Assembly: GCA_963508115.1 (NCBI GenBank)
Contig: CAUOVX010000001.1
Coordinates: 1-53,244, forward strand
Length of the DNA: 53,244 nt
Source: an uncultured Candidatus Saccharibacteria bacterium
GTDB lineage: Bacteria > Patescibacteriota > Saccharimonadia > Saccharimonadales > Saccharimonadaceae
Reading direction: 5' to 3'
Made by a program: the position numbers and the translations under genes
Shown here: positions 19,393 through 28,840 of the stretch, one piece after another
Position numbering within the stretch: the stretch's first letter is position 1
Layout: each line of letters opens with the position of its first letter
Notes under the pieces: model-generated
The model's input: only the letters and a program-made list of their open reading frames with translations
Database searches by the model: none
What the model was told of the DNA's origin: nothing

Positions 19393-21717
19393 CTATATGA
19401 GTTCACCCTTAGCTAGTAGGCTAACTGTGATATAGGAAATCTTAACGATAGGCAGTTTTTCTTTATTCAGCTCAACAAATTTTTGCCAGCTACGAATCGG
19501 GTGCAGAGTTCCGTTCTTTAGATGATAGATTGTACCACCTGGATCGCCCACAAACTGCGGCAGTTTTGCTTCTTTGGTCAGCATAGCACATGTTTTGCTC
19601 TGTAGTGGATATGGATTTTGTGACGGTAGGTGTAATTCATATAATGTACCACCCATTCCCAGATAGTTGCGTCCTTCGCAGCTGACATATGGAGACAAGA
19701 CTCGGTTGCTGACTTTGTATTTTTCAACCACCCTGTCATCAACTTGGCGGATAGCGCCATTAACACCCAAATCGGCAGCTTGATCAAAGTGTGACAACGG
19801 GATGAGTGTGTCGTATCCATCGGAAACATATACTGTACCATTAGACGGTGCTTTTACCATTTTACCGGGTGCAAAGACCACGTTGCCTGAAGGAATCTTT
19901 CGAATAGTCTCACCAGATAGCCAAGCGATAGTTGGTCGCTCAGTCTTAGTGATAGCAAATACATCTTCCATAGCAACTATCGGTCGTTTCTGGCGTGATT
20001 CCATGACATATACCGTGCCATTGTCTGACGATTTCAGGGTTACAACATCGTCCAGCGCCCCAGATCCAGGCAACGAGCGAATCGTTTCATCTGATAGTGC
20101 CAGCGGACTGACTGGTATGTCTTGTGGCTTGGTGACTTTCTTTTTACCCTGGTTAGTGATGAGAAAGGTTTCCCCGGCTGGGTTTTTAACATAATCATCG
20201 ACTGTTTGGCTGGTTTGCGGTAATTTGTTGATGCTTTCTTGTTGCAATACGCCGCCGCCAAGTGATTGTAAGGTTTGATCAACATATTCAGAGTGTTTGA
20301 TGTTGTGTAGTGTTCCGTTGCTAATCAGCTTTTGGTGGCCAGTGTCTCTGTTTCTCACGACCGCTGCCTCTCTGACGATTGGTGTGCCGTATGGCAGATA
20401 TTGAATGGCTGATTCGCCCAGCACATTATATCCCTGGTCGTATTGTTGCAAAGCTAATGATTTATCATCCAAGACCTCACGGCGCGTACCATTTTGGATA
20501 TAGAATCGCTTACCACTAGTTGTCTTATAGCCGTGTCCCATGCGCGGACCGTGATAGAATTTATTCACTTGTGCCTCAGTCAGTAACATACTATTGCCGC
20601 AATCCATACCGTATTGTGCCACCATGGCACAGGTTGTAAATGCCAGTCTGATGCCAGAATCATAGAAATACACCGTGCCGTCAGGTGATCGCATCAATCG
20701 ATTCGCTACCTGGCCTGTCGGAATTTTATCTAGATATGCTTGAGACACAAAACCAACACCACCCAAAGGAGATAATGCCGCCAAAATGTCATAGTTCGGC
20801 ACCGGATATTTAACATTATCCGACACCAGGTAAACTGTTGCGTTATCATGAGACCTCAGCAAGGTACTGTTGACGTGGGTACTACCAAACCACTCCCTAA
20901 ACATATAGAAGAAGTTGCGGTTGCCGTATGCTCCACAGTGTGCCGTGCCAGGATAAGCCGCCAGTGCTGCATCATTTGGTACATATGGTGTATAGATATA
21001 CAGGCTGGCAGTTGCGTAATTTTCAATATACACATCTCGGTAGCCACAAGCAGGGTTTGGGTTATATAAAATTCTATTGACTCGACCCGGCTGATAATTA
21101 TAGTTTTGAATTTCGTTGCGATATTTTCGTAATTGCCAAGCAGCTTTATTTACTTGCTTATAAAAGCCGGCTTTTTCATTATCACAGTTTGCAGAATAAC
21201 CTGGACCACTGTCAGGACAGCCATAACCCATGGCATATTTGTACTGTGACCGCAACGGCCAAGAGTCGGCAAACAACGGACCAGCCGATTCTTTTCTCAA
21301 TGTTACCAATAATACTTGTGGGTTAATTTGATATCGTTGCGCAGCATCCCATATGATTTGGCCAGCATTGATACCACCAGGAAAGGCACCGCCACCACGA
21401 TCAAAGGAGGTTTCGCCGTTGTTTGGATTTTCGTGATAATTTTGTAAACAAACATATGGTGGACCATGCCAGCCACGCTGTGCTGCGTACTGGGCTTTGG
21501 TGTTGCCGTGACCAGAAGGCCCGGTACCCCAGGTATCACACGCTGGTGTGTGTTGCTCGATAAATCGTTGCACTGCCGCCGCAGAACCCATAGCTCGTGA
21601 ATCATAAAAGATTTCATCATCAATAATTCTGCCTGGGTTAAAGCCTGAAGCCCCAGCCCCTTGAGAGAGAATGACCGCAAAGGTTAAGCTTAGTAACAAT
21701 CCTACTATCTTCTTCAT
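19393..21717 (-). CDS. Secreted cell-surface protein: putative lysozyme-like N-terminal domain plus ~9 degenerate C-terminal repeats
   Basis: Signal peptide (AGA/S); FNPGRIIDD, QIIWDAAQRYQINPQVLLVTLRKES, AMGYGCPD, NYATASLYIYTPY; repeated L.S.d.gTVY motif. Confidence 0.7.
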   Translation of the reverse strand: MKKIVGLLLSLTFAVILSQGAGASGFNPGRIIDDEIFYDSRAMGSAAAVQRFIEQHTPACDTWGTGPSGHGNTKAQYAAQRGWHGPPYVCLQNYHENPNNGETSFDRGGGAFPGGINAGQIIWDAAQRYQINPQVLLVTLRKESAGPLFADSWPLRSQYKYAMGYGCPDSGPGYSANCDNEKAGFYKQVNKAAWQLRKYRNEIQNYNYQPGRVNRILYNPNPACGYRDVYIENYATASLYIYTPYVPNDAALAAYPGTAHCGAYGNRNFFYMFREWFGSTHVNSTLLRSHDNATVYLVSDNVKYPVPNYDILAALSPLGGVGFVSQAYLDKIPTGQVANRLMRSPDGTVYFYDSGIRLAFTTCAMVAQYGMDCGNSMLLTEAQVNKFYHGPRMGHGYKTTSGKRFYIQNGTRREVLDDKSLALQQYDQGYNVLGESAIQYLPYGTPIVREAAVVRNRDTGHQKLISNGTLHNIKHSEYVDQTLQSLGGGVLQQESINKLPQTSQTVDDYVKNPAGETFLITNQGKKKVTKPQDIPVSPLALSDETIRSLPGSGALDDVVTLKSSDNGTVYVMESRQKRPIVAMEDVFAITKTERPTIAWLSGETIRKIPSGNVVFAPGKMVKAPSNGTVYVSDGYDTLIPLSHFDQAADLGVNGAIRQVDDRVVEKYKVSNRVLSPYVSCEGRNYLGMGGTLYELHLPSQNPYPLQSKTCAMLTKEAKLPQFVGDPGGTIYHLKNGTLHPIRSWQKFVELNKEKLPIVKISYITVSLLAKGELI

Positions 21718-22323
21718 TTACTCAACCACCACCGTCATGCTGTCAGCTACACCGTGAGACCTGCCTGAATTATACTCGATTAACACTGTCCACTTACCAG
21801 CAGCTCCTAACTCATCTCTACTCACCCGCATCGTTTGACATGAGGTTGAGCTTGGACCAGGAATTACTCCGGCCGTCTTTTTGACGACTCGATTGCCCAG
21901 TGTAAATACATAGGTACATGTACCATCCTGTTCGACAGCGTTCGTTACAAATCCGCTAGCGGTGATAGTATGCTTATCAACTGACTGCTCAACACTAGTC
22001 ATCAGCACATAGACTGATTGTTTTTTTGTTTGAGGGTCGGTCTTTGGCTGCGGTGTCACATCAGTGTTTGGTCGAGCTGATTTATTATCTGGATTGTCCT
22101 CGACATTTTTAGTGTCTTTTTTCTCAGTTTTGGTTTTGTTTGAATTTACTCCACGACCCTGATCATCAACTGTAAAAGCCTTGTCCTGATCTGAAAATGG
22201 CAACCATTTATTATAGTAAGCTGCCGCCACATACAAGCCAGCAACAACAATTGCCGCCAGTAGTGATATACTGATAATTTTCTTGCGTGATAGTTTAGAA
22301 AGTTTTTTCTGTTTCATAGTCAT
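21718..22323 (-). CDS. Hypothetical single-pass membrane protein with a charged linker and a Cys-pair beta-rich C-terminal domain
   Basis: Basic N-terminus, TM helix, K/T/D/N-rich linker, GTCTYVF...STSCQ; co-oriented and abutting the next gene. Confidence 0.75.
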   Translation of the reverse strand: MTMKQKKLSKLSRKKIISISLLAAIVVAGLYVAAAYYNKWLPFSDQDKAFTVDDQGRGVNSNKTKTEKKDTKNVEDNPDNKSARPNTDVTPQPKTDPQTKKQSVYVLMTSVEQSVDKHTITASGFVTNAVEQDGTCTYVFTLGNRVVKKTAGVIPGPSSTSCQTMRVSRDELGAAGKWTVLIEYNSGRSHGVADSMTVVVE

Positions 22324-22372
22324 TACCCTAGGATAATGATACAGTAAAAAACCAATTTTTTCAAATTAACCA

Positions 22373-23377
22373 CTAGCTTTTTGATTTTGCTTCAACGTGT
22401 TCTAACGAATATTTATCAATCGCCGTGTGGTCGTCCAATTTCGTCAACACTGCCCGACGTACGCCGCGCCATTTTTCTATATTATAAAAAATATTCAACA
22501 CCAAGTAGAATAGCTTTCTTTTCCGTGAATATTGTTTATCACGCAGCGTAAATAACGTGTCACGAATCCAACCGATGATGACCATTTTGGTTATCTGAGA
22601 AATAGTCGGTAGTGGCACATCAATACCCACACGACGAAGCCCCATCGTCTCGTCAAACATCCGCATCTTATATTCACGCAGCTTAAATTCATTAGAATGT
22701 AGCACATTACCCCTAGAGGCATAGGCTTTCATGTAGCCCGCGTTGATGACATCGCGCCCAAATAATTGGTCCTCGGCGTATGGAACATCTTGGTATGGCA
22801 ATTCACCGGTCAGATAACTACGGCGAGCAGCCGAGTTAACATCAGAGTAAAATGCCACTTTATCATAAGTTTCCTGTTTTTTGATAAAAGAATCTTTATA
22901 GAACAATGTTGTTCCAAAATCAGGACCAAACCCATTGAACACACCCATGATCTCACGCTTCAACAGGGGAAAAGTGGTTGGCCGTGGGTCTTGTTTTCCC
23001 ATAACACCAATGATACGATCTGACAATTCAAACGGTTTCGTCATCTCATATAGCCAATATTTATGAGCGGGCGTAGCGTCTTGCGACAGATAAACCACGA
23101 TGTCGCCTTTTGCATCATGAGCGGCGGCAGCCCGCGTCTTACCGTGACCATATTCCTCTTTTGTGATGGTTTTATACCGTAAGTTCGGGTGTTTTTTAGC
23201 ATATTTTTTGATGATTTTTGGCGTCTTATCTATGGAGCTTGTGTCGTAAATCAAAACTTCATAGGTTTTGTCAATTTTTTGTTTGAACACCATTTTTAGC
23301 AGATCATCCAAATAGTCCTCACCAAAATATGTTGGGATAAAAACAGTGATGTCGATTTTGTTCGTGTTGTTAGCCAC
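22373..23377 (-). CDS. GT2 family rhamnosyltransferase-like protein
   Basis: VFIPTY, D.SS.D.T, YGHGKTR, YLSQDATP, SDVNSA.RR, EDQ, V.HS. Confidence 0.85.
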   Translation of the reverse strand: MANNTNKIDITVFIPTYFGEDYLDDLLKMVFKQKIDKTYEVLIYDTSSIDKTPKIIKKYAKKHPNLRYKTITKEEYGHGKTRAAAAHDAKGDIVVYLSQDATPAHKYWLYEMTKPFELSDRIIGVMGKQDPRPTTFPLLKREIMGVFNGFGPDFGTTLFYKDSFIKKQETYDKVAFYSDVNSAARRSYLTGELPYQDVPYAEDQLFGRDVINAGYMKAYASRGNVLHSNEFKLREYKMRMFDETMGLRRVGIDVPLPTISQITKMVIIGWIRDTLFTLRDKQYSRKRKLFYLVLNIFYNIEKWRGVRRAVLTKLDDHTAIDKYSLEHVEAKSKS

Positions 23378-24584
23378 CTATCACCTCACGAATCAGAATG
23401 CGCTCAACCTTCTTGTATGATTCGTCCCATGACAAATCTTTGACGCTTTCTGAAGCCTTTTTGGCATAGGTATTGATATTTTTGATCTCAACAACCTTAC
23501 ACAACTCATTAGCCAGTTCAATCGGTGAAGCCGCGGCGTAGTGGATGTATTTATTTTCACCCAAAACCAAGCTGTTGTTTTCGCCTTCGTTCATCACTGG
23601 GATACAACCAGCCGCCAGTAACTCGAGCGGCAGTAGCGACACGTTAGTAAGTGACAACACTAAGCACGCTTCAGACTCTTTGTACAGATCAGCCACGCCT
23701 TGGTGAGACAAGATACCGCGGTTGACATATGGAAATGGTATTTGATAATTCGACACATCCCAACCAAAGAACTCAATGGTGTATTCTGGATGTTTTTTGT
23801 GGAATTTATCTAGTGCAATCACACCCAACTCAAAAGCGCGGCGCTCAGTCACTGGGCGGGCATAGAAACAAATTTTCTTTTGCTTGTCGGCTTTATCTGC
23901 CAGGCGGTAGATGTTCATGTCAGCACCAAAGTCGAAATAATCCGCCTTCATGCCGTATTCGCTCACTTTTTTAGTCAGCCAACGACCAGCTGTGATGCCA
24001 TAAAAATTCATTTTATAGGTGTTTTCAGCCAACACCGCCTTTGAACCTAGTCCATAAAAGTACGGCTCAAAATCTTGCACGAAATAAAACTTGTGTGCCT
24101 TAGTGTTGATGTTAAATACCGGGTAGGCCGTCTCCCATCCGGTAGCGATCAATGCGTCAGATTCAGTGTATTGCGACACTTTTTTTACGTTAACATCAAA
24201 GTTGAAACTCTCTGATAAAATCGCCTTAGCTTCAGCTGGTGATTGCGGGTGGATTCCTTCATAGATGTAAAAAGTTACGTCGTGACCCTGCTCTTGTAAA
24301 AATCGAGCAAAGCGGGTGATGGTGTTTTGTCCACCACTTCCTTTTGAGATAGGAGACAATACCCAGCCAATTTTCAAAGACTTCTTTTTTGACTTTTTCT
24401 TTGGTGTTTTGTACGGGTGATTGATGTAGTCCGCGTTCATGATATCTTCAATTGAAGCCATCACCTCAATTGGTTGCTTGATCACTGGTGCGGTCTTTTT
24501 CGACAGATATACCTGGGTTTTCCTGACAGCCTGACCTAACCCATTTTGTCTGGTGTAGGTGTAGAATTTGTACAGTTTACTCAT
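23370..24584 (-). CDS. GT4, WsaF-like rhamnosyltransferase
   Basis: GSGG..TI.RF, ATGWETAY, FYFVQDFEP.FY, FYARP...RR.FELG, SL.PLE..A.GC. Confidence 0.8.
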   Translation of the reverse strand: MSKLYKFYTYTRQNGLGQAVRKTQVYLSKKTAPVIKQPIEVMASIEDIMNADYINHPYKTPKKKSKKKSLKIGWVLSPISKGSGGQNTITRFARFLQEQGHDVTFYIYEGIHPQSPAEAKAILSESFNFDVNVKKVSQYTESDALIATGWETAYPVFNINTKAHKFYFVQDFEPYFYGLGSKAVLAENTYKMNFYGITAGRWLTKKVSEYGMKADYFDFGADMNIYRLADKADKQKKICFYARPVTERRAFELGVIALDKFHKKHPEYTIEFFGWDVSNYQIPFPYVNRGILSHQGVADLYKESEACLVLSLTNVSLLPLELLAAGCIPVMNEGENNSLVLGENKYIHYAAASPIELANELCKVVEIKNINTYAKKASESVKDLSWDESYKKVERILIREVIGG

Positions 24585-25798
24585 GACGTTTTCTCCTTCT
24601 TACTTTTCACACTCATCCATGAACCACGCTTTTTCAACAAACCACCCCTCGGCTTATTTTCTCTCACATAAAACTGGCTGATACCCTCTTCTGTCGTGTA
24701 GGCAATTGGCTCATACGAGTCCTTTTTCTTATCATAAGCAAACAGGGTAGCCGTAATTTCAAAATCACGGTTGTTAAACAGATCCAATGGCAGAGTATAC
24801 TTATAAATATGCGTGCCTTTTTTACTGGAGGTTATTTCCACATTATTATCATCGATAAAGAATCCGTCATCAATCACAGAAGTGATGCGATTTGAAGCTT
24901 CGTCCAAAATTGAAATACCAAATGACACTTGCCTATCTTCTGGAACAAAATATTTTACTTCAACTTCCAACGTGTCTTTCGGTGTTAATACCTTGTTTTC
25001 TACCCTTGTTTGAATATACGCAGTATTTTTCTTTGATTTCTTATCAGTTTTTGCTGTTGACTCTATATTTTCAATAGAATACAAGTTAGCAACTTCATTT
25101 GGATCACCCGAGGCAACGATTTTACCAGATTCCAGCATGATAGCTTTATTGCAAAACCGTCGTACTGACGCCATGTCGTGAGTGACCAAGATAACAGTCT
25201 TTTTCTGTTTTTTGATCTGCTTGAAATATTCAAAACATTTACGCTGAAAGGCTTCGTCACCGACGGCTAATACCTCGTCCAAGACGAGGATATCGGTATT
25301 AGCACGGATGGCAATTGAAAACGCCAAACGCACCTGCATACCACTGGAATAGTTCTTCAGTTTTTGATCCATGAACTGTTCTAGTTCGGCAAAATCAACG
25401 ATCTCGTCGTACATATCTTCAACTTCATCGTGCGAAAAGCCTAGCAATGCTCCGTTCAAATAGACGTTTTCCCGACCAGTCAATTCTGGGTTAAAACCAA
25501 CACCAAGCTCAATGAACGGAATCAATTTACCATTAACAATCACCTCTCCAGAGTCGGGCGAATAAATATCAGAAATCAGTTTTAACAGTGTAGATTTCCC
25601 ACAACCATTTCGTCCAACGATGCCAAAAAAGTCGCCTTTTTCCACCGTAAACGAGATATCTTTTAGAACTTCTTGTTTTTTATAACCCTTGACACCCTTA
25701 GTCCAGTTCAAAAATGCCTGCTTGATACCGTTTGCCTGCTCGGTTGGTAAATTAAAGCTCTTGTATAGATTCTTTACTTCTAGCGCATATTTACTCAT
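24581..25798 (-). CDS. wzt: Polysaccharide ABC exporter ATPase with C-terminal extension
   Basis: GRNGCGKSTLL, ELGVGFNPELTGREN, YSSGMQVRLAF, LDEVLAVGD, VTHD. Confidence 0.93.
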   Translation of the reverse strand: MSKYALEVKNLYKSFNLPTEQANGIKQAFLNWTKGVKGYKKQEVLKDISFTVEKGDFFGIVGRNGCGKSTLLKLISDIYSPDSGEVIVNGKLIPFIELGVGFNPELTGRENVYLNGALLGFSHDEVEDMYDEIVDFAELEQFMDQKLKNYSSGMQVRLAFSIAIRANTDILVLDEVLAVGDEAFQRKCFEYFKQIKKQKKTVILVTHDMASVRRFCNKAIMLESGKIVASGDPNEVANLYSIENIESTAKTDKKSKKNTAYIQTRVENKVLTPKDTLEVEVKYFVPEDRQVSFGISILDEASNRITSVIDDGFFIDDNNVEITSSKKGTHIYKYTLPLDLFNNRDFEITATLFAYDKKKDSYEPIAYTTEEGISQFYVRENKPRGGLLKKRGSWMSVKSKKEKTS

Positions 25799-26607
25799 TA
25801 CATATTCTCCGCAAAGGTTTTGCTGCTTTTTCTGAAATACATAATACCAATAATGACAACAGCCACCGTTAGTACAACAGGTATTAGACTAATCCAGATG
25901 TTATTTATTGTACTCCAAGTGGTCGGCGTCGTCTGTGGAGCGATAAGGCTGTATCGGACATCTTGAATACTTTGTGCAATAGGATTGAGCATCATAACTT
26001 TTGCGACTTCTGGGTGAAAATTAGACACCAGGCTAAGTGGATAAATGATTGGGATGCTGTAAAAACATATCTGTAAAATCACATCCCAGATATGGCTAAT
26101 ATCACGGAATTTTACGTATAGTGTTGATAATATTAGTGATACACCAAGTGCCAAGATAAACAACTGAATAATGCTCAATGGCGCCAAAAGAGCTCTCCAA
26201 GTAAAGTCTACTCCAGAGATAAGTCCAAAGATTAGCACCACAATCAAGTTGATCGACAGACTGATGAGCGCGCTGGACATTGACGAGATGATGATAATGT
26301 ATTTTGGAAAATTAATTTTACGCAGTAAGTCACCCCTACTAACGATGGCGTTCATACCGACTGAGGTAGCTTCGGTAAAAAATCCCCAAAGAGCAATACC
26401 TAAGAGTAAGACAATTGGATAGGTTTTTGTGCCGTCGGTAAACTTCAAAAATTTCACAAACACCAAATACATCACCAAAAACAGTAACAGTGGCTTCAGT
26501 ACTGACCATAAGATTCCTAAAAATGAACCTTGATAGCGCAATTTAAAATCAGTTTTTACTAATTCGAGTAAAATTACTCTGTTTCGTTTATTAAACAACT
26601 CCTGCAT
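25798..26607 (-). CDS. wzm: Polysaccharide ABC exporter permease
   Basis: DFKLRYQGSFLG.LWS.LKPL, LLRKINFP, RDI.HIW, PIIYP, NP..Q.IQD.R; RgpC-like. Confidence 0.92.
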   Translation of the reverse strand: MQELFNKRNRVILLELVKTDFKLRYQGSFLGILWSVLKPLLLFLVMYLVFVKFLKFTDGTKTYPIVLLLGIALWGFFTEATSVGMNAIVSRGDLLRKINFPKYIIIISSMSSALISLSINLIVVLIFGLISGVDFTWRALLAPLSIIQLFILALGVSLILSTLYVKFRDISHIWDVILQICFYSIPIIYPLSLVSNFHPEVAKVMMLNPIAQSIQDVRYSLIAPQTTPTTWSTINNIWISLIPVVLTVAVVIIGIMYFRKSSKTFAENM

Positions 26608-26632
26608 ATACCAAGTCCGATTATACCGCTTT

Positions 26633-27091
26633 TTAATCTTTTAGGCTAATCACAAGTCGTCGATCGCGACCTTCGCCCTCTGAGTGAGTTTCTATATCAT
26701 CGAAATCATGTGCGGTGTGGTGTACCGTCCAGCGGTCAGCCGCGTTAAGATCCAACCTCTTAGGCTCGCCAGTGTCTCGGACTTCCTGAAACCAAGCGCG
26801 AGCTTTCTCAGCAAGTTTTTCAGCGTGCTGCTGCTTGTAGTCAGCAATATCTAGATTAACTCTCTCCACTGCGGCATTGCTGTTGCGAAGCAGTGCTGAG
26901 AGTAAGTGTTGGATACTGCGCAACGTCTCAGCGCCGCGACCAATCAGTAGGCTATTGTATTGCGTTGATGGAATTTTTACGATCAAAATATCGTCTTCGA
27001 TGGACACTTCAGCCGTTATATTTAGGTCGAAAAAGGCCATCAAATCCTCAACATATTTCTTGATGTAATCGATTGTTTGCTGCTGATCCAT
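26633..27091 (-). CDS. jag: Jag/KhpB-like RNA-binding protein (KH + R3H, no Jag_N domain)
   Basis: LIGRGAETLRSIQ (KH), L...DR..VH....T.SEGEG.DR (R3H); downstream of yidC. Confidence 0.85.
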   Translation of the reverse strand: MDQQQTIDYIKKYVEDLMAFFDLNITAEVSIEDDILIVKIPSTQYNSLLIGRGAETLRSIQHLLSALLRNSNAAVERVNLDIADYKQQHAEKLAEKARAWFQEVRDTGEPKRLDLNAADRWTVHHTAHDFDDIETHSEGEGRDRRLVISLKD

Positions 27092-27103
27092 GATTATTCC
27101 TCC

Positions 27104-28036
27104 TTATTCCTTGGCCTTGATCCGGGTGATTTTTGCCTCAGTTGCTGTCGCTGCACGCCTACGTGCTTGAGATTTTTTGGAGTTTTTCTTTGACTTGTTT
27201 GGTGTTTTAGAAATAGTCTCCATCTCATCACCATCTCCCTTTAAGATGATGGCATTTTGCGCATATGCTGCAACGTTTGAGACGGTCAGATACAGTGCCA
27301 GGGCGCCCGGCAGGTTGATGATCACGAAGAACATAAAGATTGGCATAAATTTCATCATCTTGCGCATCACGATAGCATTGATCTCTGACTGATCTGCCTC
27401 TTTGCCTTCAGCAGCTTCTTGCATGATATCGCGCAGTCGCTTCTTACTGTCGCTCGCTGGAGAAATTTGCTTAGTGGTTAGGAACTGCATCACCGCCGCC
27501 AATACAGCCAAAATTAGTAAACTCCATGTAACACCACTATTGCTGACTGCGTGCTGTGTGAGGTCAACCATCCCCAAAAAGTTCTGATTGAGTTGATCTG
27601 GATGAGCTACTAAATTGGATACTACTGGTAATTGTTCGATAAAATCATATGCGTATTTAGCAAGGTCACCGGTATGAACCCGGCTAGACACAAAAATCTG
27701 CACCACTCGGTAAATACCGATCAATACTGGCAGCTGAATCAAAAGCACGCCAATTGAACCAAACATGCTAATGTTGTGCTCTTTGTACAATTCCATCATC
27801 GCAAGCGCTCGTGCCTGGCGATCATTCTTGTATTTGGCATTAATCTTCGCCAGTTGCGGCTGCATTTTGCGCATCGCCTTTGTCTGGTGTAGCTGCTTTT
27901 TAACCATTGGCCACAACAGAAGACGGATGATGATAGTAAAGAGGATAATACTAACACCAAAGTCTGGAATTAAGCCATAAATGGCCATTAAAATATTAAA
28001 AATTGGCTGTACAATCAGAACATCAAAAAAACTCAT
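27104..28036 (-). CDS. yidC: Membrane protein insertase YidC/Oxa1
   Basis: G.SIILFTIIIRLLLWP, M.KMQP, MELYKEH, LIQLPV, P.AL.LY; canonical position. Confidence 0.94.
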   Translation of the reverse strand: MSFFDVLIVQPIFNILMAIYGLIPDFGVSIILFTIIIRLLLWPMVKKQLHQTKAMRKMQPQLAKINAKYKNDRQARALAMMELYKEHNISMFGSIGVLLIQLPVLIGIYRVVQIFVSSRVHTGDLAKYAYDFIEQLPVVSNLVAHPDQLNQNFLGMVDLTQHAVSNSGVTWSLLILAVLAAVMQFLTTKQISPASDSKKRLRDIMQEAAEGKEADQSEINAIVMRKMMKFMPIFMFFVIINLPGALALYLTVSNVAAYAQNAIILKGDGDEMETISKTPNKSKKNSKKSQARRRAATATEAKITRIKAKE

Positions 28037-28061
28037 GCCTCACATTATATCAAAAAATATG

Positions 28062-28409
28062 TCATTTATACAGATTAGCCTGGGAGAATAGTCGTTTAAC
28101 TTCGTTTTGAATACTCTTATATTCCATGTGTAAAAAATCAGCCGTAACAATGATCAGCGCTATGTCATGATTATCTTTAAGCATCGGCAGCTCGGTTCGA
28201 ATCACCTCGTACACCCGTCGACGCACCCTATTACGGCGAACGGCTGATTTGAGGACTTTTTTACTAATCACCACAGCAAATCGACTGTGTTTCCGGCGCG
28301 GATTGGTGATATATTTTACTGTCATCAAACGAGACCGTACGGCATCACCATTTTGGTACAAATACCGTAAACTGCCGTGGCCGTGAAATCTGTGACGATG
28401 CGTTAACAT
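28062..28409 (-). CDS. rnpA: Ribonuclease P protein component
   Basis: RFAVVISKKV.KSAVRRNRVRR (RNR motif); lies between rpmH and yidC. Confidence 0.95.
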   Translation of the reverse strand: MLTHRHRFHGHGSLRYLYQNGDAVRSRLMTVKYITNPRRKHSRFAVVISKKVLKSAVRRNRVRRRVYEVIRTELPMLKDNHDIALIIVTADFLHMEYKSIQNEVKRLFSQANLYK

Positions 28410-28425
28410 TCTCTTAGTATACCAA

Positions 28426-28456
28426 ATACCACTCCGATATACATCAGGAGTGGTAT
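28426..28456. repeat. Inverted repeat / hairpin between rpmH and rnpA
   Basis: ATACCACTCC-GAT-atac-ATC-a-GGAGTGGTAT; possible terminator or processing hairpin. Confidence 0.6.
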
Positions 28457-28483
28457 CAGATCATCGAGCGCACTAAGTATTGT

Positions 28484-28621
28484 TTACAGTGCAATCCGTG
28501 CACGACCTTTTAGGCGGCGTCGCTTCAAAACAGCGCGACCAGCCTTTGTAGAAACGCGTGCTCGAAAACCGTGCGTACGGGCACGATGACGTTTGTGTGG
28601 TTGAAATGTTCGCTTTGGCAT
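28484..28621 (-). CDS. rpmH: 50S ribosomal protein bL34 (absent from the ORF track, 45 aa)
   Basis: Manual translation [45 protein letters not shown]; divergent from dnaA. Confidence 0.97.
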   Translation of the reverse strand: MPKRTFQPHKRHRARTHGFRARVSTKAGRAVLKRRRLKGRARIAL

Positions 28622-28673
28622 ACTGGGTGATAGTTTAGCGTTTTTTTGGTTTTTTTGCAAGTATCAATTGTAG

Positions 28674-28789
28674 TTTTCCACTGCTCGGTCTGTTTTATCC
28701 ACAATTATAACAGAGGTGGTGCGTGCCTGTGGAAAAGTTCACCTCTATTTTCAGTTTCTCTTCCATGAGATGTCTATGCTTGTGGAAAA
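28674..28789. promoter_or_regulatory. DnaA-box cluster upstream of dnaA (oriC part 1)
   Basis: TTTTCCACT 28674, perfect TTATCCACA 28695, TGTGGAAAA 28728 and 28781. Confidence 0.88.
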
Positions 28790-28840
28790 CTCCGTCTATT
28801 TGCTATAGTACAGAGTAGATTATGTGTGAGGGGTTATAAC

